From positions 14,038 through 78,037 of the forward strand of contig CANJCO010000013.1 of NCBI GenBank assembly GCA_947473045.1: 64,000 nt of DNA. The letters run 5' to 3'. This document shows, piece after piece, positions 55,224 to 64,000 of the stretch. Numbering within the stretch: position 1 is the stretch's first letter; each line of letters begins with the position of its first letter. The position numbers were made by a program, and so were the translations under genes. This stretch comes from Myxococcales bacterium. Lineage in GTDB: Bacteria > Myxococcota_A > Polyangia > Polyangiales > Polyangiaceae. The notes below the pieces were generated by a model. That model saw nothing but the letters and a program-made list of their open reading frames with translations. It searched no databases and had not been told where the DNA came from.

Positions 55224-57596
55224 TCAGCCGCCGAGGCGCGACAGCAGCTCCATCGCCACCAGCTTGCGGCCCTCGGCAGAAGGCCCCACGCACGCTGGGC
55301 ATCCCCCCTGGCAGGCGCAAGTGGCGATGAGCTTGCGGGCGCGCTCGAGGAGCACTTCGCGTTGCTCGAAAATGCGCTCGGCGAGCCCGGTGCCTCCCGG
55401 CACGTGCTCATACAAAAACAGGGTGGGCGCGTAGCCGGGTCGCGGACCGGCGCGCGCCTTCGCCGGCGCAGTGGAAGCGTCGCTCTCGTCGACGTCGCCG
55501 AGGGAGCTCCCGAGGTCGCGCGGATCGCACATGAGCGCGAGCGTCGACACCGTCTCGAGCGCGATGCCGATGCCCCGAAGCGCGTCGATCACGTTGGCAC
55601 GCCCGGCAGGATGCGACGCGCACACTTCTTCGGCGATGGTGAGCCAAAACGCCGTGGTGTGCATCTGCATTTCGGGCAGGCGCACGTCACCGTAGCCCGC
55701 GTTTTCGTGGGTTTGGAACTTGATTTTCTTGTATCCTACAACTTTTTCGACCACCGAGACTTCGCCCCAGCCCGAGCCGAAATCGCCGCCGCGTCCGAGC
55801 GGCGCAGGCGCGGGCGACGAGGTCTCGATCACCGAAATTTGCGTGTAGGTCATCGCGTCGGTGAAGTAGTCGGGCTCGACCTTGCGCACGTAGGCCTTGT
55901 GGTTTTCGTAGTCGAAGCGCTCGACCTGCCAGGTCTCTCCGTCGTGCTGGTAGATGGCCTGCTCGTGCAGCATGGTGTGGGCCCCGCGCCAGTCGAGCTC
56001 GGCGAGCGTCTTGTCGTGCTCGGCGTCGATGATCACCACGTTGTCCCAGCCGATGCTGCGCAGGCTCACGTTGTTGGCCGGGTAGGCGTCGGTGGCCCAG
56101 TGGTAGGTACCTCCCGACTCGTGCAACACGCTGTGGCGGGCGAGAAAATCGAGAGCGTCGCCCGTCTCTTCGGGGGCCAGGCTGCCGAACGGCTCGTCTC
56201 TTTTGAAAGGAGCTTCGAAGGCGGCACACTTCAAGTGCTGCACCAGAATTTCTACGTTGTCGGGATCGATGCGCGCCTCTTCGACCGGGGCATCGAGCAG
56301 AAAAGCAGGCTCTCGGGCGAGGTACTGATCGAGCGGTGCGCTGGAAGTCACCAGCACGCAAATGCTCGTCGAATTGCGCCTTCCCGCGCGACCGAAGCGC
56401 TGCCACATGGCCGCCACCGAGCCGGGATATCCCGCGCACACGACGGCGTCGAGCGAGCCGATGTCGATGCCCAGCTCGAGCGCGTTGGTGGCCACGACGC
56501 AGCGAATGTCGCCCGCGCGCAATCTCTTTTCAATAGCTCGGCGCGTCTCGGGAAGGTAGCCGCCGCGGTATCCCATGATGGCGTCGGCTCCGAGCTCCCC
56601 CGCGAGCTTGTCGCGAAGGTAACGGAGCATCATCTCGACGTTGTTGCGCGAGTGCCCGAACACGATGGTGGGCACCTTCGCGCGCACCAGATCGGCGGCC
56701 AGCATCACCGCCTGCTTCACGTAGCTGGCGCGAATGCCCAGCTCGGCGTTGACCACCGGCGGGTTAAACAGAAAAAACTTGCGACCTCCCTGAGGCGCGC
56801 CGTTTTCGCCGATCAACCCCACGTCTTCGACGTCGCGGCCGAAGAGCCTCGCGGCGTGCTCGCGTGGGTTTCCGATGGTGGCTGTCGCGCCGATGAGCAC
56901 GGGCTTGGAGCCGTGAAACGCGGCGATTCGCATGAGCCTTCGCAGCACGTTGGCCACGTGCGAGCCGAACACGCCGCGGTACATGTGCATCTCGTCGATG
57001 ACCACGTAGCGCAGCTGCTCGAGGGTCCGCGCCCAGCTCGCGTGATGCGGCAGGATGCCCGTGTGCAGCATGTCGGGGTTGGTGATGATGATGCCGCTCT
57101 TTTCGCGCGCGGCGCGGCGCGCATCGCCGGGCGTGTCGCCGTCGTAGGTCACGACGCTCGTGGGCATGCCGGCGGCCGTCATCAGCTCGCTCAGCCCGGC
57201 TTCCTGGTCGCGCGCGAGAGCCTTGGTCGGAAACAAGTAAATGGCCCTGGCGTTCGGATCGTCGTGAATCGCCTGGAGCACCGGCAAGTGAAAGCAGAGA
57301 CTTTTGCCGCTCGCCGTGGGCGTGGCGACTACAAAAGGCGAGCCGGTCGCCGCGAGCTCGAGGGCGCGCGCCTGGTGCGCATACAGCTCCGACACGCCCC
57401 TCGCTTCGAGGGCAGCGCGAATTTGGGGCGCGAGCGAAGCTGGGTAGGGGCGGGTGGTGGCCTCGCGCGGCGGGTAGATCTTCTCCGCGTTCAGGCACGG
57501 CTTGACCCAGCTCGAGGTGACCCACTTCTCGACGACGGCGTCGATGCCGGCGGGCGTGTTCCAGGGGGCTTTGCGGCGCGTTGAACCTTGGCTCAT
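55224..57596 (-). CDS. DEAD/DEAH-box helicase with C-terminal DUF1998 zinc module (YprA/MrfA-like)
   Basis: Walker A ATPTASGKS, DEMH box, helicase C region, C-terminal CACQGGCPAC. Confidence 0.85.
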   Translation of the reverse strand: MSQGSTRRKAPWNTPAGIDAVVEKWVTSSWVKPCLNAEKIYPPREATTRPYPASLAPQIRAALEARGVSELYAHQARALELAATGSPFVVATPTASGKSLCFHLPVLQAIHDDPNARAIYLFPTKALARDQEAGLSELMTAAGMPTSVVTYDGDTPGDARRAAREKSGIIITNPDMLHTGILPHHASWARTLEQLRYVVIDEMHMYRGVFGSHVANVLRRLMRIAAFHGSKPVLIGATATIGNPREHAARLFGRDVEDVGLIGENGAPQGGRKFFLFNPPVVNAELGIRASYVKQAVMLAADLVRAKVPTIVFGHSRNNVEMMLRYLRDKLAGELGADAIMGYRGGYLPETRRAIEKRLRAGDIRCVVATNALELGIDIGSLDAVVCAGYPGSVAAMWQRFGRAGRRNSTSICVLVTSSAPLDQYLAREPAFLLDAPVEEARIDPDNVEILVQHLKCAAFEAPFKRDEPFGSLAPEETGDALDFLARHSVLHESGGTYHWATDAYPANNVSLRSIGWDNVVIIDAEHDKTLAELDWRGAHTMLHEQAIYQHDGETWQVERFDYENHKAYVRKVEPDYFTDAMTYTQISVIETSSPAPAPLGRGGDFGSGWGEVSVVEKVVGYKKIKFQTHENAGYGDVRLPEMQMHTTAFWLTIAEEVCASHPAGRANVIDALRGIGIALETVSTLALMCDPRDLGSSLGDVDESDASTAPAKARAGPRPGYAPTLFLYEHVPGGTGLAERIFEQREVLLERARKLIATCACQGGCPACVGPSAEGRKLVAMELLSRLGG

Positions 57597-57716
57597 TGAG
57601 GCGTGATACTAAACGCATGTACCGTGCCTCGCAATCGCGCCCTCACCCGCGATTATCTTCTGTAGTCGAGTGGATGTGGCCGAGCGCGAGGGTATCGGGT
57701 AGAACGCAGGCCGCCG

Positions 57717-58499
57717 ATGGAAGACCAAAAAGAGGCGCAGTCCGACAATCACGACGCCGAGCCCGAAGCAGAGGCCGCTCCCGTCGCCGCCGCGCTGGTG
57801 CCTGCCATCGCCGGCGCGCCTGCGATCGCGCCAGAAATACCGCGCATCGGCGTGCCTACCGGTGCGGGTCGCCCGATCCCGGCGGAAGGGTCGCCCAACT
57901 ACCTGCTGCTCGCCGTGGTTTCGATCGTCACGCTCGGCGTCGACATCGCGTCGAAGAACTGGGCCGAGAAGGCGCTCGAGGCCTATCCGGGCACGATCGC
58001 CCTCTGGGACAACCACGCCGCGCTCATCCTCGCGAAAAATCGAGGGGGCGCCTGGGGCTTCTTTCAAACGGCCAACGAGTCGATTCGGCGCCCGTTTTTT
58101 CTGCTCGTGTCGGCCGCGGCGATCATCTTCATCGTCACGTTGTTTCGTCGCCTGCAGCCGCGCCAGCACGCGCTTCGCTGGGGGCTGCCGCTCGTCATGG
58201 GCGGGGCGCTCGGCAACGTGTTCGATCGCATTCGCTACGGCTACGTGATCGACTTCATCGATCTGCACACGATCTACAAGGGCGTCGATCATCACTGGCC
58301 CACGTTCAACGTCGCCGACATCGCCATTTGCGTTGGCGTCGGGCTGATGGCCGTCGACATGTTCACGTCGCGTCGGGGGCCCGCGCCCATTACGCCCGTG
58401 CCTGCGCCGGCCCCGCAAGAGCCGGCCGCTGCGCCCGAAGTTTCTTCTGAAACGAACGCCGAACCCGAGCAGGAAGCGCGCGCGGCCGAGGAGGCCTGA
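57717..58499 (+). CDS. lspA: Lipoprotein signal peptidase (signal peptidase II) with ~60-aa acidic/Ala-Pro N-terminal extension
   Basis: NRGGAWGF, FDRIRYGYVIDFID, FNVADIAI. Confidence 0.85.
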   Translation: MEDQKEAQSDNHDAEPEAEAAPVAAALVPAIAGAPAIAPEIPRIGVPTGAGRPIPAEGSPNYLLLAVVSIVTLGVDIASKNWAEKALEAYPGTIALWDNHAALILAKNRGGAWGFFQTANESIRRPFFLLVSAAAIIFIVTLFRRLQPRQHALRWGLPLVMGGALGNVFDRIRYGYVIDFIDLHTIYKGVDHHWPTFNVADIAICVGVGLMAVDMFTSRRGPAPITPVPAPAPQEPAAAPEVSSETNAEPEQEARAAEEA

Positions 58500-58502
58500 C
58501 GG

Positions 58503-59441
58503 GTGCGCCCGGAGCTGTTCAGCCTGTTTGGCGTCGGCTTCCCGGCGTACTTCGTTCTGCTTGTAACCGGCTTCATGTTCGCGACGGCCGCAGGCGTGCT
58601 GTGGGCGCGCCGCATCGGGCAAAACCCCGATGTCATCGTCGACCTTGGCATCGCCATGCTGCTTTCGGGCGTGGTCGGCTCGAGAATTCTGCACGTTTTG
58701 GCTGATGGGCACCTGATGGACTACGTGCACCTGTGCACCGATCCGTCGCTCGTTGACTGGCCGCTCGACGCCCGAACCTGCGTCTCGGCGGCCTACGGCG
58801 GCACGTGGGATGCCGCGACGCTGCGGTGCCATCCGTCTTCGACCGACTGCTTCGCGTGGGCAAAATTCTGGGCCGGCGGACTGACGTATTACGGCGGACT
58901 GATTGGCGCCACCGTGACCGCGATTTTTCTTTTGAAAAGAGACCGATTTCCGTTTTGGAAGGCGGCGGACATGTCGGGCTTTGCGATTCCGATCGGCCTC
59001 GCGTTCGGCCGCGTGGGGTGCCTGCTCGCCGGGTGCTGTTTTGGCAGCGCGAGTCACCTTCCGTGGGCGATTTCGTTTCCGGGTGGCAGCGCGGCCAGCC
59101 AGGCCCAGGCCAAGGCCCACGAGCTGGCGAGCGAAAGGCTCGTGAGCCTGCCAGTGCACCCCACCCAGATTTACGAGTCGCTGGGCTCGCTCGCGCTCGC
59201 GGCGATTTGCCTCTTCGTCGTGCACCCGCGCAAGCGCTACGACGGGCAGGTTTTTGTGGTGTTTCTCACGGGCTACGCGGTGCTGCGGTTCGCGCTCGAG
59301 TTTCTGCGTCGCGATGAGCGGGGAGGGCTGATCGGAATGTCGACCTCCCAGCTGATCGGCCTCGGGCTCGTGGCCGCGGCCGCCGCGATTCACTTTTGGC
59401 GTTGTCCCAAAGTTAGCCTTCCCGCGCGCTCGGCATCATAA
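58503..59441 (+). CDS. lgt: Prolipoprotein diacylglyceryl transferase
   Basis: YYGGLIG, FGRVGCLLAGCCFG, HPTQIYES. GTG start 3 nt after the lspA stop. Confidence 0.9.
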   Translation: MRPELFSLFGVGFPAYFVLLVTGFMFATAAGVLWARRIGQNPDVIVDLGIAMLLSGVVGSRILHVLADGHLMDYVHLCTDPSLVDWPLDARTCVSAAYGGTWDAATLRCHPSSTDCFAWAKFWAGGLTYYGGLIGATVTAIFLLKRDRFPFWKAADMSGFAIPIGLAFGRVGCLLAGCCFGSASHLPWAISFPGGSAASQAQAKAHELASERLVSLPVHPTQIYESLGSLALAAICLFVVHPRKRYDGQVFVVFLTGYAVLRFALEFLRRDERGGLIGMSTSQLIGLGLVAAAAAIHFWRCPKVSLPARSAS

Positions 59442-59671
59442 TGGCGCTCGTGAAGTCCCTAAGCCTGATCGCCCTGCTTGCTCCGCTCGCGCTGGTCGCG
59501 TGCTCCACCTCCGACGCTCACCCGCCCACGCTCGGCGATTGCACAGGCCCGGGCTGCTCCGGCTACGTGGGCGATTCCGGCACCAAGCCCCCGCCGAAGA
59601 CCGACGGCGGCGAAACGGACGCAGCGGCCGACAGCGGCGCCGACGGAAGCGCGCTCGTCGACGGCGGTTGA
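59441..59671 (+). CDS. Small Gly/Asp/Pro-rich hypothetical lipoprotein
   Basis: [10 protein letters not shown] lipobox. ATG shares one base with the lgt TAA (59439-59441). Low complexity, so coding status is less certain. Confidence 0.45.
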   Translation: MALVKSLSLIALLAPLALVACSTSDAHPPTLGDCTGPGCSGYVGDSGTKPPPKTDGGETDAAADSGADGSALVDGG

Positions 59672-59699
59672 CGCTCCGTTTGGTGTAACGTGCGCCGCC

Positions 59700-60581
59700 A
59701 TGACGGCGCGCATCCTCAATGGCAAAGAGCTCGCGGAGACGGTTCGAGCGGAAGTGAAGGCGGGCGTCTCGGCGTTCGTCGCGCTCCGCGGTCGGGCCCC
59801 CGGCCTCGACGTGGTGATCGTCGGGGAAGATCCGGCGAGCGTGGTCTACACGCGCAACAAAGAGAAGGCTGCGCTCGAGGTCGGCATGCGCGGCAAGCTG
59901 CACAAGCTCGCTGGCGACACGACCGAGGTCGACTTGCTCGCGCTGGTGGCGCAGCTCAACGCCGACCCGCACGTCGACGGCATTCTCGTGCAGCTTCCGT
60001 TGCCGTCGCACATCGACGCCGAGAAGGTCACCCGCGCCATTGCGCCGCACAAAGACGTAGACGGGTTTCACCCGACCAACGCGGGGCTGCTCGCGATCGG
60101 TCGCGCCGACAAGGCCCTTGTGCCGTGTACGCCGCGCGGGTGCATGAAGCTCATCGCACTCTCTGGCGTGCCCCTCGCGGGAGCTCGCGCGGTCATCGTG
60201 GGCCGCAGCAACATCGTCGGCAAGCCGGTCGCGCAGCTACTGCTCGCGCAGAGCGCCACGGTGACGATCGCGCACTCGCGCACGCGTGACTTGCCGGCAG
60301 TGTGCCGGGAGGCCGACGTGCTCGTCGCTGCGGTGGGCCGGCCCGAGCTGGTGCGCGGCGACTGGATCAAGCCCGGCGCGGTCGTGATCGACGTGGGCAT
60401 CAACCGCGTCGATGATCCCCAAAATCCCGGAAAAACAAGGCTCGTGGGCGATGTTGCGTTCGCCGAGGCGAGCCAGCACGCCGGCTTCATCACGCCTGTT
60501 CCGGGCGGCGTCGGCCCGCTCACGATCGCGTGTCTGCTTGAAAATACGCTGCTCGCGGCCCGCGCCCGCGTGGAGATCTAG
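59700..60581 (+). CDS. folD: Bifunctional methylenetetrahydrofolate dehydrogenase/methenyl-THF cyclohydrolase
   Basis: [35 protein letters not shown] 59700 is in frame within ORF-track entry 59478..60581. Confidence 0.9.
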   Translation: MTARILNGKELAETVRAEVKAGVSAFVALRGRAPGLDVVIVGEDPASVVYTRNKEKAALEVGMRGKLHKLAGDTTEVDLLALVAQLNADPHVDGILVQLPLPSHIDAEKVTRAIAPHKDVDGFHPTNAGLLAIGRADKALVPCTPRGCMKLIALSGVPLAGARAVIVGRSNIVGKPVAQLLLAQSATVTIAHSRTRDLPAVCREADVLVAAVGRPELVRGDWIKPGAVVIDVGINRVDDPQNPGKTRLVGDVAFAEASQHAGFITPVPGGVGPLTIACLLENTLLAARARVEI

Positions 60582-60584
60582 ACC

Positions 60585-61955
60585 ATGACAGTTACCGTTA
60601 TCGGCGCCGGCCTCGCAGGTTGCGAGGCCGCGTGGCAGCTCGCCGAACGCGGCATCGACGTTGTGCTGATCGAGCAGAAGCCGATCGCACGCACCCCCGC
60701 CCAGCACACCGACAAGCTCTGCGAGCTCGTGTGCTCGAACTCCATGCGCGGCGCCGCGATGATGAACGCGATCGGGCTGCTCAAAGAAGAGCTGCGTCGC
60801 GCGGGCTCTCTCATCTTGCGCTGCGCCGATGCGGCCGCGGTGCCGGCGGGAGGCGCGCTCGCGGTCGATCGTGACCAATTTTCGGAGCTCGTGACGCGGG
60901 CGATCGAGGGCCATCCGCGCATTCGCATGGAGCATCGCGTGGTGACCGAGCTGCCCGAATCGTCGCCGGACCACCCCGTCGTGCTCGCGACCGGACCGCT
61001 CACCGGCGACGCCCTCGCGGCCGATTTGGCGCGCGCCGTCGGCGAAAAGCACCTTGCCTACTACGACGCGATCGCGCCGATTGTGGCCGCCGACTCCATC
61101 GACGAGAGCAAAGTGTTTCGGCAGTCGCGCTGGGGCAAGGGCGGCGAGTCTCAAGGCGACGCGCTCGGCACCGCCCAAGATCTCGGCGACGCGGCGTACA
61201 TCAACTGTCCGTTCGATGAGGCGGAATACAAGGCGTTCATCGCTGCGGTGGTCGGTGCCGAGAAGGTCGAGCCCCGCAGCTTCGAGAGCGTCCGCTATTT
61301 CGAAGGATGCCTGCCGATCGAGGTCATGGCATCGCGCGGCGAGATGACCCTCGCGTTCGGGCCGATGAAGCCTGTGGGCCTCACCGATCCACGCACGGGC
61401 CGGCGGCCATTCGCGGTGGTGCAGCTAAGGCAGGAAGACGAGGCCGCCACGGCCTACAACCTCGTCGGCTTCCAGACGCGTATGACGTACGGCGAGCAGG
61501 CGCGCGTGTTTCGCATGATTCCAGGCCTCGAACAGGCCGAAATTCAGCGCTTCGGAAGCGTGCACCGCAACACCTTCGTCAACGCGCCGGTGCTCCTCGA
61601 CGAGCGCATGCAGTTGCGCACGCGGCCGGGCACCTATCTCGCGGGTCAGGTCACCGGCGTAGAGGGTTATGTCGAGAGCTGCGCGGGCGGCTTCGTGTGC
61701 GGGGTCATGCTCGCCCAGACGCTCTCCGGACGCCCGCTACTGCCGCCTCCGCCCACCACGACGCTCGGCGGAATTCGCGCGCACCTCTCGCGGCCCGCTG
61801 ACGACTACCAGCCCTCGAACATCACGTGGGCGCACGTCGCTCCGCTTGCCGATCGCCTCAAGAAAAAGCGTGATCGTTACGCTGCGATGGCCGAGCGCGC
61901 CCTCGTTGACGCCGCGGAATGGAGCGCGGCGGTCGCTCCTTCCGTTTTCCGTTGA
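60585..61955 (+). CDS. trmFO: Methylenetetrahydrofolate--tRNA-(uracil54-C5)-methyltransferase
   Basis: [31 protein letters not shown]. Starts 3 nt after the folD stop. Confidence 0.9.
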   Translation: MTVTVIGAGLAGCEAAWQLAERGIDVVLIEQKPIARTPAQHTDKLCELVCSNSMRGAAMMNAIGLLKEELRRAGSLILRCADAAAVPAGGALAVDRDQFSELVTRAIEGHPRIRMEHRVVTELPESSPDHPVVLATGPLTGDALAADLARAVGEKHLAYYDAIAPIVAADSIDESKVFRQSRWGKGGESQGDALGTAQDLGDAAYINCPFDEAEYKAFIAAVVGAEKVEPRSFESVRYFEGCLPIEVMASRGEMTLAFGPMKPVGLTDPRTGRRPFAVVQLRQEDEAATAYNLVGFQTRMTYGEQARVFRMIPGLEQAEIQRFGSVHRNTFVNAPVLLDERMQLRTRPGTYLAGQVTGVEGYVESCAGGFVCGVMLAQTLSGRPLLPPPPTTTLGGIRAHLSRPADDYQPSNITWAHVAPLADRLKKKRDRYAAMAERALVDAAEWSAAVAPSVFR

Positions 61956-61989
61956 GTAGACTTTCCGGCTACGATAACAGAAGCAAGCT

Positions 61990-62631
61990 GTGGCATCCCG
62001 AAAGTCCGAAGCGGTTGTTGGGGGCCCGGGCAAGGCCAGGCGGTCGGCGGTCACGCAGGGCGATGAAGTCGGGGCAGCCGAGCTCGGAAGGCGCGTCGCT
62101 GAGAACCTGAAGCGGCGCCGCAAGGGGCGCGGAATGTCGCTCGACGAGCTGGCGCACGCTAGCGGTGTGAGCCGCGCGGCCCTGTCGCAGATCGAGACTT
62201 TCAAGAGCAATCCGACCGTGGGTCTGCTGTGGAAGATCGCCGTCGGTCTGGGCGTGCCCTTCACGGAGCTTTTGGGCGAGCCCACCAAGGGCATCAGCGT
62301 GCTTCGTCGGGGCGATGCGCAGGTGCTCCGCTCAACCGACGGCAAGCTCGAAAGCCGCCCACTGGCTCCCGCGGGATCGTCGCCGATCGTCGAGTTGTAC
62401 GAGCTTCGACTCTCGGCACGGAGCGCGCACAGCTCCGAGGCGCACACCGCCGGCACGCAGGAGCTCGTCGTCGTGCTCGCCGGTGCGCTGCGCCTTCGGG
62501 TCGATGCAGAGGTGCACGATCTGGGTCCGGGAGACTCCGTCTCGTTCGCGGCCGACCGGCCCCACACTTATGAAAACCCAGGGGCGAGCGAGGCGCGGTA
62601 CCACAACGCCGTAATTTACGAGCGCGTCTGA
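61990..62631 (+). CDS. XRE-family HTH transcriptional regulator with C-terminal cupin domain
   Basis: HTH MSLDELAHASGVSRAALSQIE. Cupin-like ELVVVLAGALRLRVDAEVHDLGPGDSVSF. GTG start is uncertain. Confidence 0.75.
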   Translation: MASRKSEAVVGGPGKARRSAVTQGDEVGAAELGRRVAENLKRRRKGRGMSLDELAHASGVSRAALSQIETFKSNPTVGLLWKIAVGLGVPFTELLGEPTKGISVLRRGDAQVLRSTDGKLESRPLAPAGSSPIVELYELRLSARSAHSSEAHTAGTQELVVVLAGALRLRVDAEVHDLGPGDSVSFAADRPHTYENPGASEARYHNAVIYERV

Positions 62632-63521
62632 GGGCGGGATTCGAGGGTCACGCTCTCGAATAGAGCGCCCTGCAAGGTCAGTCGGCGCGTCGTGGTCTCG
62701 ATGGCACGCGCGCCGATGTCGAGGCCGATAAAGCGCCGACCGAGCTTCGCAGCCACGGCGAGGGTCGTGCCCGAACCGCAGAACGCATCGAGCACCAGCC
62801 CGCCGGGCAAGCTCGACGCGCGCACGATGCGATCGAGCAGTTTTTCTGGCTTTTGCGTAGGGTAACCCGTGGTCTCGCTGCGAAGCGGGGTGTTGGCGCT
62901 CATCGACGGGCAGTCAGCCCACACGCTGCCGAGCGCGCGTCCGCGGTCGGCGTAGTACCTGTAGGCCTTGCCGCCGACGACGCGCTCGCGAAAGCGGCGC
63001 CCGGCTTCGTCGGTTTGCGAAAAGTGCATCGACAGGCTCGTGGCGGCGTACGGCTCGCGCAACGCGGGATCGGCGGCGTTCCACACGAAGCCGTCGCCCT
63101 TCGCGTAAACGAGCAACGTTTGATGGCTGACGCCTGGCCCCTTGCGCGATTTGCTTCCGTTGCCGGGCACCCAGATGATCTCGCCGACGCGCCGCTCCCG
63201 ACCGAAAATGCGATCGCAGAGCACCGCGGCGTCATGAATCGCCCGGTGATCGAGGTGGAGCCACAGCAGGCCGCGATCGCTGACGCATGTGTATACTGCA
63301 CGCAATCTGGCTTCGAGCCAGTCGAGGTAGGCGCCGATCGAATGCCATCGGTCGTCGTACGCGACAGGTCCTGACGCGCGCGCGCTTCCGGCGCCTGTTC
63401 GCGCGCCGAATGCCACGCCGACTGCGAACGGCGGGTCGAGATACGCGACGTCGACCGATCCGGCCGCCGCGACACGTCCGCAGTCGATCGCGTCGCCGTG
63501 CGCGACGACGTTATCGGACAT
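62616..63521 (-). CDS. Site-specific DNA methyltransferase (N4/N6, beta-class motif order)
   Basis: Motif IV DPPF near the N-terminus. TGYPTQKPEKLL and motif I FCGSGTT near the C-terminus. Confidence 0.8.
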   Translation of the reverse strand: MSDNVVAHGDAIDCGRVAAAGSVDVAYLDPPFAVGVAFGARTGAGSARASGPVAYDDRWHSIGAYLDWLEARLRAVYTCVSDRGLLWLHLDHRAIHDAAVLCDRIFGRERRVGEIIWVPGNGSKSRKGPGVSHQTLLVYAKGDGFVWNAADPALREPYAATSLSMHFSQTDEAGRRFRERVVGGKAYRYYADRGRALGSVWADCPSMSANTPLRSETTGYPTQKPEKLLDRIVRASSLPGGLVLDAFCGSGTTLAVAAKLGRRFIGLDIGARAIETTTRRLTLQGALFESVTLESRPQTRS

Positions 63522-64000
63522 CGGCGAGGTGCTCGGCGTCGGGCGCCGTCAGCAGCGCCCGAGCGAGCTCGAGATCGCTGTCGTCGGGCCGTGAAACCGG
63601 CTCCGAGAGCCACGCGCGCCGCGGCCCGAACGGCTCGCAACCGAGCGCGGTCTCGCGCGCGTTGCAGGCGGTGCGCACGTGAATGTGATCGTCGTGCTCG
63701 CCCCCGGGGTTGGGTTGCGCCATGACCTCGGCGGCCCGCTGCAGCACTGCGATCGGCTCGCCGCGCGCGACGGCCCACTGCAGCAGCATCGCGCGCAGGT
63801 TGTCCTGGATGAAAATCCACTGCACCCGCGCCTCGGGATCGACGAGGAGCGCCCGAACGAGCAACCACTGCCGCTCGACGTCGAAGCGGTAGAGGCGCAT
63901 CCCGTGCTCGGCGTCCTGCGCGAGGCCGTCAGCGCCCACCGACAAGAAGCCGGGGCTCACGATCGGCACGCCCGCTGGCGTCGTCATGAGCAGCAGCAAG
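63511..64000 (-). CDS. Penicillin-insensitive murein endopeptidase (peptidase M74, MepA-like); 5' end beyond window
   Basis: GGEHDDHIHVR metal-binding motif. ORF is open to the window edge and overlaps the methyltransferase start by 11 nt. Confidence 0.7.
   Translation of the reverse strand, partial: LLLLMTTPAGVPIVSPGFLSVGADGLAQDAEHGMRLYRFDVERQWLLVRALLVDPEARVQWIFIQDNLRAMLLQWAVARGEPIAVLQRAAEVMAQPNPGGEHDDHIHVRTACNARETALGCEPFGPRRAWLSEPVSRPDDSDLELARALLTAPDAEHLADVR

Noticed and set aside
55224-57596. DUF1998-containing helicase considered as part of a DISARM/Dpd-like phage-defence system.
   Set aside because: Helicase and DUF1998 are fused as in the repair helicase YprA/MrfA. None of the required partners (PLD nuclease, SNF2 or adjacent methyltransferase genes) are present next to it.
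59441-59699. Checked the folD upstream region for a ZTP (pfl) riboswitch, which commonly precedes folD/purH.
   Set aside because: Only 28 nt are non-coding before folD. I found no GGGUCGUGAC...CCGCCUGGGC-like conserved segments in the region.

Overview
This is a high-GC bacterial chromosomal window (GC judged by eye, not computed). The gene content suggests Myxococcota, but that is inference only: about 11 predicted lipoproteins, a Hanks-type Ser/Thr kinase, a sigma-54 enhancer-binding protein, an ECF sigma/anti-sigma pair and an extra Hsp70 operon. I call about 58 tightly packed CDS, many joined by 1-4 nt start/stop overlaps. I recognised no rRNA, tRNA, CRISPR array, transposase or integrase. 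As expected in high-GC DNA, most real genes carry long spurious ORFs on the opposite strand, and several ORF-track entries have false 5' extensions. Left to right:
- tail of a lipid/polyene-type cluster (two ketosynthase didomain proteins with a lipoprotein between them), then a metallophosphoesterase
- etfBA, nadB, and a branched-chain 2-oxoacid dehydrogenase E1a/E1b/E2 operon with a divergent TPR/winged-helix regulator
- two tandem paralogous Cys-rich lipoproteins
- a membrane protein / Ser-Thr kinase / PPC-repeat lipoprotein module, then mutY
- an NtrC-like activator and two convergent TolC-family genes
- a four-gene Hsp70/J-domain/TPR operon
- an ECF sigma operon ending in a lipid A-type acyltransferase
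- SCP2 and dus, then rpsP-KH-rimM-trmD-SPOUT
- a class-3 lipase gene on a 2.3-kb segment bounded by 68-bp direct repeats
- a TrmN6-like methyltransferase, queG overlapping meaB, pgi, nth, gyrA
- a cNMP/DUF1003 protein and an MrfA-like helicase
- lspA-lgt, folD-trmFO
- an XRE-cupin regulator, a DNA methyltransferase and a partial M74 endopeptidase.
The three most noteworthy observations:
1. The repeat-flanked single-gene lipase insertion, whose left repeat is a decaying copy of the methyltransferase 3' end.
2. A MeaB-type cobalamin-chaperone GTPase start/stop-overlapped with the cobalamin enzyme QueG, with no mutase present in the window.
3. Several uncharacterised envelope modules: the kinase with a PPC-repeat lipoprotein, the tandem lipoprotein paralogs, and the Hsp70 operon with a motif shared by two of its proteins.
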